Origin: an uncultured Actinomycetota bacterium
GTDB lineage: Bacteria > Actinomycetota > Actinomycetes > JAHEKZ01
DNA length: 64,000 nt
Assembly (NCBI GenBank): GCA_963718235.1
Contig: CAVQYR010000001.1
Location: forward strand, 1,312,001-1,376,000
Reading direction: 5' to 3'
Shown: positions 37,688 through 47,130 of the stretch, one piece after another
Layout of the letters: each line of letters begins with the position of its first letter
How positions within the stretch are numbered: the stretch's first letter is position 1
Position numbers and translations under genes: made by a program
The notes under the pieces: model-generated
Seen by the model: only the letters and a program-made list of their open reading frames with translations
Databases searched by the model: none
What the model was told of the DNA's origin: nothing

Positions 37688-39153
37688 CGTCGTTCGGCGT
37701 CCCGGCTGATGTTGCGCACCATCGAGCCGAACACCACTCCGTGGAACGGGGCCACCGACCACCAGTAGAGGTGGCCGACCAGGCCGCGTGGGTGGAACAC
37801 CGCGCGTTGCACGTAGGTGGTCGGCTCTTCGCGCACCGCCAGCTCGAGCCAGGCGAGTCCGGGAAGCTTCATCTCCGCGCGCAGCCTCAGGAGGTGGCCG
37901 GGCTCCAGCGTCTCGACCCGCCAGAAGTCGAGCGGCTCACCCACGCGCAGGTGGTCCGGGTCGCGGCGTCCACGGCGCAGGCCGACCCCGCCGACCAGGC
38001 GGTCGAGCCACCCACGCACCTCCCACGCGAGCGGGAAGGAGTACCAGCCGCGGTCCCCACCCACCCCTTCGATCACGGCCCACAGGGCCTCCGGTTCGGC
38101 TGCCACGACCTGCTCGCGCTCGTCGGCGTAGAGGCTGCCGCCGGCCCAGGTGGGGTCGGTGGGCAGCGGGTCACTGGGCGCGCCCGGGGTTGAGGCGTCG
38201 GACCATCGGGTGGCGACGTCTCGGTCCTTGATCCGGCGCAGCGCCAGCGCTACGGCCCGGTCGAACCCGACCAGCCCGTCGGGTGGGTCGGGAACGTAGG
38301 TCCGGATGTCGTGCTCGTGGCAGACCACCTCGTGACGCAACGACGCCACGAGTGGCTTGGCGATGCCCCGCGGCACGGGGGTGACCAGGCCGACCCAGTG
38401 GCTGCTCAGCGTGGGAGACAGGACCGGGACCGCGACGATGATCCGGGGACTGAGCCCCGCGTCCCGGGCGTAGCGCACCATCATGTCGCGGTAGGTCAGT
38501 ACGTCGGGCCCACCGATGTCGAACGCGCGGTTGACCTCCGGTGGCAGGTCGGCCGCGGCGACGAGGTACCTGAGCACGTCGCGGATGGCGATGGGCTGGA
38601 TCCGGTTGCCGACCCAGCGCGGGGTCACCATGGCCGGCAGTCGTTCGGTGAGGTAGCGCAGCATCTCGAACGAGGCCGAGCCGCTGCCGATGATCACCGC
38701 CGCGCGCAGCTCGGCGGTGGGCACGCCGCTGGCGCGCAGCAGCTCACCGACCCGGGCTCGGGACCGAAGGTGCGGGGACAGCTCGGAGTCCGAGGGGACG
38801 AGTCCGCCGAGGTACACGATGCGCCGCACCCCGGCGTCGGCCGCTGCCGACCCGAACCCTCGGGCCATGGCCTCCTCGGTCTGCTCGAAGCCCACGCCTT
38901 CGCCGAGCGAGTGCAGCAGGTAGTAGGCGACGTCGACTCCGGTCAGTGCCGCCCGCAGGGCGTACGGATCACGGGCGTCACCTACGGCGACGTCGACGGC
39001 AGCGGCCCACCGCTGGTCACGCACCCGCTCCGGGTGCCGTACGAGCACGCGGACGTCGAACCCCGCCTCCAGCAGCTCGGGCACCAGCCGGCCCCCGATG
39101 TACCCCGTGGCACCGGTGACCAGTGCTCGACGTCGGGGCTCGGTCGTGGGCAC
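37666..39153 (-). CDS. Atypical SDR oxidoreductase with DUF2867 domain (YbjT-like)
   Basis: VTGATGYIGGRL, GSGSASFEMLRYL, DFWRVE, AEMKLPGLAWL. Confidence 0.88.
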   Translation of the reverse strand: MPTTEPRRRALVTGATGYIGGRLVPELLEAGFDVRVLVRHPERVRDQRWAAAVDVAVGDARDPYALRAALTGVDVAYYLLHSLGEGVGFEQTEEAMARGFGSAAADAGVRRIVYLGGLVPSDSELSPHLRSRARVGELLRASGVPTAELRAAVIIGSGSASFEMLRYLTERLPAMVTPRWVGNRIQPIAIRDVLRYLVAAADLPPEVNRAFDIGGPDVLTYRDMMVRYARDAGLSPRIIVAVPVLSPTLSSHWVGLVTPVPRGIAKPLVASLRHEVVCHEHDIRTYVPDPPDGLVGFDRAVALALRRIKDRDVATRWSDASTPGAPSDPLPTDPTWAGGSLYADEREQVVAAEPEALWAVIEGVGGDRGWYSFPLAWEVRGWLDRLVGGVGLRRGRRDPDHLRVGEPLDFWRVETLEPGHLLRLRAEMKLPGLAWLELAVREEPTTYVQRAVFHPRGLVGHLYWWSVAPFHGVVFGSMVRNISRDAERRQAVARR

Positions 39154-39222
39154 CCCCTCAGTGTCGACCCCCCGGCGCCCGGGCACACCTTGGGCGGGCT
39201 GTCCGCGTGCCACGATGGGCCG

Positions 39223-39705
39223 GTGGGTTCCGTGGAGGTGCTGGCCGCACTGGTCATCGTGGTGGGGTTGGCTGGGACGGTCGTCCCGGTGCTTCCCGGG
39301 CTGCTGCTCGTCTGGGGCGCGATCGCCGGGTGGGCCCTGTTGGACGGCGGGGGATGGATCCGCTGGGTGGTCGTGGTGGTGGCCGGTGCGGTGGCGGTGG
39401 CCGGGTACGTGCTGGCGACCTTGGTACCCGGGCGCCGGGCCAGCGACGCCGGTGCTCCCGACTGGGTGCTCCTGGCCGGTGCGGTGGGCATGGTCGTGGG
39501 CTTCTTCGTGATCCCCGTGGTCGGGGCGATCGTCGGCGGGGTCGGGGGAGTGCTGGTGGCCGAGTACGCCCGGACCCGCGACCTGCGGTCGGCCTGGCGG
39601 GTGACCGTCGAGACGCTCAAGGGGTTCGGGATCGGGGCCGCGCTCCAGCTGTTCGCCGGGCTGGTCATGACCGGCGTGTGGCTGGTCGGCGTCGCCGCCA
39701 CCTGA
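39223..39705 (+). CDS. DUF456-family membrane protein
   Basis: GTVVPVLPG, GFFVIPVVG, LVAEYAR. Confidence 0.82.
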   Translation: MGSVEVLAALVIVVGLAGTVVPVLPGLLLVWGAIAGWALLDGGGWIRWVVVVVAGAVAVAGYVLATLVPGRRASDAGAPDWVLLAGAVGMVVGFFVIPVVGAIVGGVGGVLVAEYARTRDLRSAWRVTVETLKGFGIGAALQLFAGLVMTGVWLVGVAAT

Positions 39706-39857
39706 TCACAGAGAGTAACTCTTCGGCTACAGGTTGGCCGGATGCCCTGGCGTTTGCCGGGTGGGTAGGGCAGACTGCGGGAAATCACACCGCTGTGAGC
39801 AACCGATCGGGACTCCGCGAGGCCGCTGGGGAAGGCGACCCTCACGAAGGAGGACCG

Positions 39858-40352
39858 ATGACCACCCGCGGTGTCGTGTTCGTGCACAGCGCTCCTGCAG
39901 CGCTGTGCCCTCATGTCGAATGGGCCCTGGCCGGGGTGCTCGGTGGACCGGCCCCGGTGCAGTGGACCCCGCAGCCCGCCCAGCCCGGCAGCTACCGGGC
40001 CGAGGTGTCGTGGTCGGGCCAGCCGGGCACCGCAGCCCGCCTCGCCTCGGCCCTGCGCGGGTGGAGCCACCTTCGGTTCGAGGTCACCGAGGAGGGCAGC
40101 CCGCACGGCGAGGGCGAGCGCTTCTCGGGCACGCCCTCGCTCGGCATCTTCCACGCGGTGATCGGCGTGCACGGCGACATCATGGTGCCCGAGGACCGCT
40201 TACGGGCCGCCCTGCTGGACGCCTCGGCCGGTGGGACGCCGCTCGACGAGGTGCTCCCGCAGCTGCTCGGCCAGGCCTGGGACGACGAGCTGGAGCCGTT
40301 CCGCTACGCCGGCGACGGCGCTCCGGTCCGCTGGCTGCACCAGGTCATCTGA
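39858..40352 (+). CDS. DUF3145-family protein
   Basis: GVVFVHSAPAALCPHVEWA, LRFEVTE, WDDELEPFRYAG; AGGAGG RBS. Confidence 0.88.
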   Translation: MTTRGVVFVHSAPAALCPHVEWALAGVLGGPAPVQWTPQPAQPGSYRAEVSWSGQPGTAARLASALRGWSHLRFEVTEEGSPHGEGERFSGTPSLGIFHAVIGVHGDIMVPEDRLRAALLDASAGGTPLDEVLPQLLGQAWDDELEPFRYAGDGAPVRWLHQVI

Positions 40353-40392
40353 GCCGGCGGGCCCGACTTCCGGCCGGCCGCCGGGTCCCTGA

Positions 40393-41856
40393 TCAGAGCG
40401 GGATGTTGCCGTGCCGGCCGCGCAGCGGGGCCGCCGACTGGATCGCGGCGGCGATCGCCGAGCGGGTCAGCGACGGCTCGACCACCTCGTCGACCACGCC
40501 GAGCGCCATCGCCTTGTCCAGCCCACCGGCGATCAGCTCGTGCTCGTCGGCGAGCTCCTGCTCGAGCTCGGCGCGCACGTCGTCGGGCAGGTCGGACAGT
40601 CGGCGTCGGTGCAGGATCCGCACGGCGGCGATCGATCCCATGACGGCCACCGTGGCCCCGGGCCAGGCCAGGACCTTGGTGGCACCCAGCGCCCGGCTGT
40701 TCATCGCGATGTAGGCACCGCCGTAGGCCTTGCGGGTCACCACGGTCACCCGCGGGACGACTGCCTCGGCGAACGCGTGCAGCAGCTTGGCCCCGCGGCG
40801 CACGACGCCGTCCCACTCCTGGCCGACGCCGGGCAGGTACCCGGGGACGTCGACCATCACGACGAGCGGGACCCCGAACGCGTCACACATCCGCACGAAC
40901 CGGGCCGCCTTCTCCGCCGACGGGGAGTCCAGGCAGCCACCCAGGCGCAGCGGGTTGTTGGCGATCACGCCCACGGTGCGCCCGCCGAGGCGTCCGAGCG
41001 TGGTCACGATGTTGGGGGCCCACCGGGTGTGCAGCTCGACCCCGCTGCCTTCGTCGATCAGGTGGTCGACCAGCGGGTGAACGTCGTAGGCGCGCTTCGC
41101 CGACTCGGGCAGGAACCCGCTCAGGTCGACGTCCTCGACGATGTCGAGCTCGCCCTGCAGACCGAGCAGCACGGTCAGGGACCGTGCCGTCTGGATGGCG
41201 GCCTCCTCGGAGTCGGTGGTGACGTGGACGACGCCGGACCGCCGGCCGTGCGGCTCGGGGCCGCCCAGCCGCTCCATGTCGACGTCCTCACCAGTGACCG
41301 ATCGGACGACCTCGGGGCCGGTGACGAACACCCGTCCCTGGGGACCCATGATCACGATGTCGGTGAGCGCCGGCCCGTAGGCCGCGCCCCCGGCGGCGGC
41401 TCCGAGGACGAGTGAGATCTGGGGGATCTTGCCGGAGGCGCGGGTCATGATGCTGAACACCTCGCCCACGGCGTGCAGCGAGACGACGCCCTCGGCGAGC
41501 CGGGCCCCCCCGGAGTGCCAGATCCCGATGATCGGCACCTGGTCGGCGAGTGCTCTGGCGTAGGCGGCGAGGATGACCTTGCAGCCCTCGGTGCCCATTG
41601 CCCCACCCATGACCGTGGGGTCGGAGGCGAAGGCCACTGCGTGGGCGCCGTCGATGAGCCCCACACCGGCGAGCATCCCGCTGTCGCCGTCTGCGGTGAT
41701 CGGCACCAGGGTGCCGGGGTCGAACAGGGCCGCCATCCGCTTGCGCGGGTGCCGAGGGTCCTGGTCGCGCGGCAGCTTGGCCGGCTTGGCGGCCGACTGG
41801 GTGGCAGGGGAGCTGACCGAGGGGTTGGCGTCTGCGGCGGTCGGGGTCGAGGTCAC
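40393..41856 (-). CDS. accD: Acyl-CoA carboxylase carboxyltransferase subunit (AccD6-like)
   Basis: WHSGGARLAEG, GAAAGGAAY, VDVPGYLPG, RKAYGGAY, HGNIPL. Confidence 0.9.
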   Translation of the reverse strand: MTSTPTAADANPSVSSPATQSAAKPAKLPRDQDPRHPRKRMAALFDPGTLVPITADGDSGMLAGVGLIDGAHAVAFASDPTVMGGAMGTEGCKVILAAYARALADQVPIIGIWHSGGARLAEGVVSLHAVGEVFSIMTRASGKIPQISLVLGAAAGGAAYGPALTDIVIMGPQGRVFVTGPEVVRSVTGEDVDMERLGGPEPHGRRSGVVHVTTDSEEAAIQTARSLTVLLGLQGELDIVEDVDLSGFLPESAKRAYDVHPLVDHLIDEGSGVELHTRWAPNIVTTLGRLGGRTVGVIANNPLRLGGCLDSPSAEKAARFVRMCDAFGVPLVVMVDVPGYLPGVGQEWDGVVRRGAKLLHAFAEAVVPRVTVVTRKAYGGAYIAMNSRALGATKVLAWPGATVAVMGSIAAVRILHRRRLSDLPDDVRAELEQELADEHELIAGGLDKAMALGVVDEVVEPSLTRSAIAAAIQSAAPLRGRHGNIPL

Positions 41857-43124
41857 TGGACGCTCCGGAACACCAGGGCGACGTTGTGGCCACCGAAGCC
41901 GAAGGAGTTGTTCAGCGCCGCGATCGAGCCGCTGGGCAGTGCGCGCGGCTCGCCGGTGACGATGTCGAGGTCGACCTCGTCGTCGAGGTCCTCCAGGTTG
42001 ATCGTCGGCGGGACCTTGCGGTCGTACAGGGCCAAGATCGTGGCGAGCGACTCGACGGCGCCGGCCGCGCCCAGCAGGTGGCCGGTCATCGACTTGGTGG
42101 AGGTCAGCGCGGCCGACCCCGCGGCGTCGCCCAACGCTGCCTTGATCGCCTTGATCTCGGCCAGGTCGCCCTGCGGGGTCGAGGTGCCGTGCGCGTTGAC
42201 GTGCACGATGTCCTGCGGCGAGGCGCCTGCGTCGTCCAGCGCTGCCTGCATCGCCCGGGTTGCGCCTTGACCGGTGGGGTCGGGCTGGGCGATGTGGTGT
42301 CCGTCGGACGTGAGGCCGGCACCGGCCACCTCGGCGTAGATGCGTGCCCCGCGGGCCTGGGCGTGCGCCTCGGACTCCAGGACCAGGGCAGCAGCGCCCT
42401 CGCCGAAGACGAAGCCGTCGCGGCCCTTGTCCCACGGTCGCGAGGCCCGCTCGGGCTCGTCGTTTCGCTTGCTCAGCGCCATCATCGCGCTGAAGGCGGC
42501 CAGCGGCAGGGGGTGGATGCAGGCCTCCGTGCCGCCGACCATCACGACGTCGGCGCGTCCGGAGCGGATCATCTGCAGGCCCTGTGCGACGGCCTCGGCG
42601 CCGGAGGCGCAGGCCGACACGGGGGTGTGGACGCCGGCCTTGGCCCCGATGTCGAGGCCGACGACGGCGGCGGGGCCGTTGGGCATGAGCATGGGGATGG
42701 TGTGCGGGCTGACCCGGCGCGGGCCCTTCTCGCGCATGAGGTCCCACTGGTCGAGCAGGGTGACGGCTCCGCCGATGCCGGTGGCGAGCGCGACCCCCAA
42801 CCGCTCGGGGGCGACGTCGGGGGCACCCGCATCGGCCCATGCCTCGCGGGAGGCGATCAGGGCCAGCTGCTGGGTGCGGTCGAGCTTGCGGGCCTCGACC
42901 CGTTCCATGACCTCGCTGGGGTCGACGGCGACCTTGGCGGCGAACTGCACTGGCAGCTCCGACGCCCACTCCTCGGTCAAGGTGTGGACGCCGGAGCGAC
43001 CAGCCAGCAGTCCCGACCAGGTCGAGGCGACGTCGCCACCGACGGGTGTCGTCGCCCCGAGACCGGTGACGACGACCGTCGGCACATCGGTACGGTCCGT
43101 GACAGACCTGGTCGTGCCGGTCAT
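41853..43124 (-). CDS. fabF: Beta-ketoacyl-ACP synthase II
   Basis: SACASG, NAHGTST, KSMTGHLLGAAG, NSFGFGGHN. Confidence 0.95.
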   Translation of the reverse strand: MTGTTRSVTDRTDVPTVVVTGLGATTPVGGDVASTWSGLLAGRSGVHTLTEEWASELPVQFAAKVAVDPSEVMERVEARKLDRTQQLALIASREAWADAGAPDVAPERLGVALATGIGGAVTLLDQWDLMREKGPRRVSPHTIPMLMPNGPAAVVGLDIGAKAGVHTPVSACASGAEAVAQGLQMIRSGRADVVMVGGTEACIHPLPLAAFSAMMALSKRNDEPERASRPWDKGRDGFVFGEGAAALVLESEAHAQARGARIYAEVAGAGLTSDGHHIAQPDPTGQGATRAMQAALDDAGASPQDIVHVNAHGTSTPQGDLAEIKAIKAALGDAAGSAALTSTKSMTGHLLGAAGAVESLATILALYDRKVPPTINLEDLDDEVDLDIVTGEPRALPSGSIAALNNSFGFGGHNVALVFRSVQ

Positions 43125-43128
43125 GGCG

Positions 43129-43374
43129 TCAGTTCCCCGCCTGCTGGATGTAGGTGACCGCGTCACCGACGGTGCGCAGGTTCTTGACGTCGTCGTCGGG
43201 GATCTTCACGCCGAACTTCTCCTCGGCGGCGACGACGACCTCGACCATGGACAGCGAGTCGATGTCCAGGTCGTCGGTGAACGACTTGTCGAGCTGCACG
43301 CTGTCGGCGGGGACGCCCGCGACCTCGTTGACGATCTCGGCGAGGCCGCTGAGGACCTCCTGCTGGTCTGCCAT
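43129..43374 (-). CDS. acpP: Acyl carrier protein
   Basis: DDLDIDSLSMVEV motif. Confidence 0.95.
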   Translation of the reverse strand: MADQQEVLSGLAEIVNEVAGVPADSVQLDKSFTDDLDIDSLSMVEVVVAAEEKFGVKIPDDDVKNLRTVGDAVTYIQQAGN

Positions 43375-43468
43375 GTTCACTGACTCCTTGCTGGGTTCTC
43401 TCCGGTGAGACGGAGGGTGGTTGGGTACCTCGGGTCGGGCCGTGGCGGCTCACCCGGTCGTGCGCGGG

Positions 43469-44473
43469 CTAGGGCAGGCTCACCACCTGCGCCGAGTACA
43501 CCAGACCGGCGCCGAACCCGATGAACAGGGCAAGGTCTCCGGACTTGGCCTCGCCCCGCTCGAGCATCCGCGAGACGGCGAGGGGGATCGAGGCCGCCGA
43601 GGTGTTCCCCGTGTCGGCGATGTCGCGGGCGACCGCGATCCGGTCGGGCAGCCCGAGCTTCTTGATCATGGCGTCGGTGATCCGCATGTTCGCCTGGTGC
43701 GGCACGAAGACGTCGAGGTCGTCGACGGTGACCCCGGCGGCCTCCAGCGCCTGGGTGGCCACCTTCGCCATCTCGAACACCGCCCAGCGGAACACCTGCT
43801 GGCCGGACATCTTGAGCTTGGGGAAGGCGTGCCCCGGCTCGTCGCGCAGCGTGGTCCAGAAGACGTCCTGCTCGATCGCGTCAGCCTGGGCGCCGTCGGA
43901 GCCCCAGACCACCGGGCCGATTCCGGGGGTGTCGGACGGTCCGACGACCGCCGCACCGGCACCGTCACCGAAGATGAACGCCGTGCCCCGGTCGGTGGGG
44001 TCGACCATGTCGGACAGCTTCTCGACGCCGAGCACCAGCACCAGTGAGGCGCTGCCGCCACGGATCATGTCGTCGGCGAGGGCCAGGCCGTAGCTGAACC
44101 CGGCGCACGCCGCGCTGATGTCGAAGGCCGCAGGGTCGGGGATGCCGAGCCGGTCGGCCAGGACCGCGGCAGCGGACGGGGTCTGGATCAGGTGGGTGAC
44201 CGTGCCGACAATGACCGCGTCGACCTGGTCGGGGGTGACCCCGGAGGCGGCGAAGGCCTTGGCTGCTGCTGCGGCGGACATCTCCACGACGCCCTCGTCC
44301 TCGGCGGCGAAGTGCCGGGTCACGATGCCGGAGCGCTCACGGATCCACTCGTCGGAGGAGTCGATGTGCTCGCAGATGTCGGCGTTGGTGACCACCCGGG
44401 CGGGTCGGTAGTCGCCGAAGCCGAGGATCCGGCTCGCGGGGGCGCCGGTGCGGGCCCGGATGACCCCGGTCAT
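43469..44473 (-). CDS. fabH: Beta-ketoacyl-ACP synthase III
   Basis: AACAGF, PHQAN, GNTSAAS, GFGAGL. Confidence 0.95.
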   Translation of the reverse strand: MTGVIRARTGAPASRILGFGDYRPARVVTNADICEHIDSSDEWIRERSGIVTRHFAAEDEGVVEMSAAAAAKAFAASGVTPDQVDAVIVGTVTHLIQTPSAAAVLADRLGIPDPAAFDISAACAGFSYGLALADDMIRGGSASLVLVLGVEKLSDMVDPTDRGTAFIFGDGAGAAVVGPSDTPGIGPVVWGSDGAQADAIEQDVFWTTLRDEPGHAFPKLKMSGQQVFRWAVFEMAKVATQALEAAGVTVDDLDVFVPHQANMRITDAMIKKLGLPDRIAVARDIADTGNTSAASIPLAVSRMLERGEAKSGDLALFIGFGAGLVYSAQVVSLP

Positions 44474-45654
44474 GAGCCGCCGCCGTGCGGGTGGAGCCGA
44501 ACCAGGGGCTGGCCCGGTGCCACCGGGTCGCCGTCCTCGACCAGCCACTCGACGACCGTGCCGCCGTGGGGTGCGGCGACCGGCTGCTCGTCGCGCAGGG
44601 TGATCACGGTGCCCAGGCTGTCACCGGGGGCGAGGCTCGCTCCGGTCGAGGCGCTGGAACGCTGGAACCGGCCCTTGGCCGGCGCGACGACCATCCGCCA
44701 GGACGGTGCCTGCGACAGCGGGCTGGGCGTTCCGTGCCGCTCGGCCAGGCTGCGGGCGGCCTCCAGGTCGTCGGGGGTCTTCAGTGCCACCACCTCGACG
44801 TCGGGCAGGGCGCGCTTGGCCAGGCCGGCGAGGGTGCCCGCCGGGGGCACCTCGATCAGACCGGTCACCCCGAGGTCGCGCATCGTGTTCATGCACTGGT
44901 CCCACCGCACGGGGTTGCTCACCTGCGCCACGAGGCGCCGCAGCATCTCCCGGCCGCTCTGCACCACCGAGCCGTCGGCGTTGCTGAGCAGGCGGGTCCG
45001 GGCGTCGTGGGTGGTGATCGAGCGGGCATACCCGGCCAGGACGTCGACGGCTGGCGCCATGTAGGGGGTGTGGAACGCACCGGCGACCGACAGCGGGCGC
45101 AGCCGGGCACCCTCCGGAGGGTCGGCGGCGAACGACTCGAGCGCCGCCATCGACCCGGCCGCCACGACCTGGCCCTCGGAGTTGACGTTGGCGGGGAACA
45201 ACCCGTGGGCGTCGATCGAGGCGAGGACCGCATCCGCCTGACCGCCGAGAACCGCGGTCATGCCCGTGGGCTCGAGAGCGGACGCCGCGGCCATCGCCTG
45301 ACCCCGGGCGCGGACGAACACCATGGCCTGCTCGGCGGAGATGATGCCGGCCGCGGCGGCAGCAGTGACCTCGCCGACCGAGTGGCCGGCACCGCAGCCG
45401 ACCACCTTGAACGCGTCCGCAGGGTGGGGGAACAGGGCGAGCAGGGACACCAGACCGGCCCCGACGAGCAGGGGCTGAGCGACCGCGGTGTCGCGGATCG
45501 TCTCGGCGTCGGCGTTGGTTCCGTAGTCGACCAGGTCCAGGCCGGCGCACGCGGACAGCCAGTGCATGCGGTCGGCGAAACCGGGCAGCTCGAGCCAGGG
45601 GGTGAGGAAGCCGGGGGTCTGGGCGCCCTGTCCGGGCGCGACGATGACGAGCAC
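44470..45654 (-). CDS. fabD: Malonyl-CoA:ACP transacylase with a C-terminal biotinyl/lipoyl-like domain
   Basis: APGQGAQ, GHSVGE, GAFHT; tail HGGTVVEWLVEDGDPVAPGQPLVRL. Confidence 0.92.
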   Translation of the reverse strand: MLVIVAPGQGAQTPGFLTPWLELPGFADRMHWLSACAGLDLVDYGTNADAETIRDTAVAQPLLVGAGLVSLLALFPHPADAFKVVGCGAGHSVGEVTAAAAAGIISAEQAMVFVRARGQAMAAASALEPTGMTAVLGGQADAVLASIDAHGLFPANVNSEGQVVAAGSMAALESFAADPPEGARLRPLSVAGAFHTPYMAPAVDVLAGYARSITTHDARTRLLSNADGSVVQSGREMLRRLVAQVSNPVRWDQCMNTMRDLGVTGLIEVPPAGTLAGLAKRALPDVEVVALKTPDDLEAARSLAERHGTPSPLSQAPSWRMVVAPAKGRFQRSSASTGASLAPGDSLGTVITLRDEQPVAAPHGGTVVEWLVEDGDPVAPGQPLVRLHPHGGGS

Positions 45655-45722
45655 GGTCGAGACTCTGCCGCACCCGCGGCTCCCGGGCCGGTACCGTCCA
45701 GCACGATGTTCGTCGGGTCGCT

Positions 45723-45739
45723 TTGGAGGTTTCCTACAA
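45723..45739. promoter_or_regulatory. Candidate FasR/MabR-type operator upstream of fabD
   Basis: Near-palindrome TTGTAGG-AAA-CCTCCAA (minus strand) directly after the fasR stop. Confidence 0.55.
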
Positions 45740-46918
45740 TCACGGGCGGTTCTGGTCATCCAACCGCCCCAGCGCGAGGGCCAGCCTCAGGACGAAGGCG
45801 TCGCGGGGCCTGGTCGGGGTGTAGCCGCAGACGTCGGCGATCCGACGCAGTCGGTAGCGCACGGTGTTCGGATGCACGAACAGGGCCCGGGCCGCCGCCT
45901 CGAGCGACCCGGCCCGCTCCAGGACCGCCACTGCCGTCTCCAGCAGGCCACCGCCGGCCGCGGCCAGCGGTGCGTACACCTCGCGCACCAGCTGGGCCCG
46001 AGCCGCCACGTCACCGTCGAGGGCGCGCTCGGGCAGCAGGTCGTCGGCGGCCACCGGTGAGGGGGCGTCGGGCCAGGCGGCGACCGCGCGGCGTCCGGCG
46101 AGCGCAGCCGCCGCCGAGCGCGGGACCTGGGTGAGGTCGTGGACGGTCGGGCCGACCACGATCGCTCCGGACCCGAAGGACGCACGCAGCCCGTCGGTCA
46201 GGGCCACCGCATCTCCTGAGCCGCCCAGGATCGCGACCAGGTCGCCCCCGTGGACGGCGGTGATGACGTCGAGGCCGGCATGCCGGCACGCCCGTCTCAG
46301 CTGGTCCACCACAGCCTCCGGCTCGCCGTCCGGCGTCGGCCCCACGGCCACGAACACCTGCTCGGAGGCGCCCCAGCCCAGAGCGGCAGCGCGGGAGCGC
46401 ACTGCGTCGTCGACCTCGTCCCGCAGCAGTGCGTCGGCCACCAGCGACTCCAGACGGGCGTCCCAGGCGCCGCGTGCCTCGGCGGCCTGGGCGTACACCT
46501 GGGCTGCAGCGAACGCGACCTCGCGGCTGTACCGCAGCACCGCATCGCGCAGCAGCTGCTCCTCACCGGGGAAGGCGATGCTGTCGGCCTGCTCCTCCAC
46601 CACGTCGATCGTGACCCGGACGAGGTCGACGGTCTGCTGCAAGGACACGACCCGGGTCAGCTCGCGCGGGGCCGTGCCGAACACCTCGGCGGTGATCGTG
46701 CGGGCCGACGCCGGCCGGCGGGCCCAGTCGACGAAGGCCGAGATGCCGGCCTGAGCGACCAAGGTGATCCAGGACCGGTCGGCAGGGGCCAGATCGGAGA
46801 ACCATGGCAGTGACTCCTCCATGCGGGCCTGTACCGCGGAGGCGAGCTGGCCCGACGCGGCCTCCAGCCGCTGCACGGTGGCAGCCATGGGAGCAGCCAT
46901 GGACGTGGACGACGGCAT
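45740..46918 (-). CDS. fasR: PucR-family regulator of the fab operon (FasR/MabR-like)
   Basis: YSREVAFAAA, ARGAWDARLE, LFVHPNTVRYRL; TACCCT 7 nt before ATG. Confidence 0.9.
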   Translation of the reverse strand: MPSSTSMAAPMAATVQRLEAASGQLASAVQARMEESLPWFSDLAPADRSWITLVAQAGISAFVDWARRPASARTITAEVFGTAPRELTRVVSLQQTVDLVRVTIDVVEEQADSIAFPGEEQLLRDAVLRYSREVAFAAAQVYAQAAEARGAWDARLESLVADALLRDEVDDAVRSRAAALGWGASEQVFVAVGPTPDGEPEAVVDQLRRACRHAGLDVITAVHGGDLVAILGGSGDAVALTDGLRASFGSGAIVVGPTVHDLTQVPRSAAAALAGRRAVAAWPDAPSPVAADDLLPERALDGDVAARAQLVREVYAPLAAAGGGLLETAVAVLERAGSLEAAARALFVHPNTVRYRLRRIADVCGYTPTRPRDAFVLRLALALGRLDDQNRP

Positions 46919-47051
46919 GGCCCTCAGGGTAGGCGTTCGCCGACCGGGGGTTGTGGCGGTCCCACAACCGCCCCGAGCGCCCCCATGGTTCGGCGGCGCG
47001 CGACGCGACTCGTGGTGGCCGGTCGCCGCCCAGTGCCGACCGACTGGAAAC

Positions 47052-47098
47052 TGGGGGACGAAAGTCCTGGACAAACACAGAACGCGTTTGGGTACGTT
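47052..47098 (+). promoter_or_regulatory. DosR/DevR-like box plus -10 element of the hydrogenase operon promoter
   Basis: TGGGGGACGAAAGTCCTGGA (47052-47071) matches TTSGGGACTWWAGTCCCSAA at 16/20 positions; TACGTT at 47093-47098. Confidence 0.6.
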
Positions 47099-47130
47099 GC
47101 GAAGGTCGACCTTCCACCCCGGGGGTGTGC

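Noticed and set aside
40393-42969. 858-aa ORF suggesting a FabF-AccD fusion
   Set aside because: The upstream part is an off-frame overlap of fabF; accD starts at the GTGA overlap at 41856.
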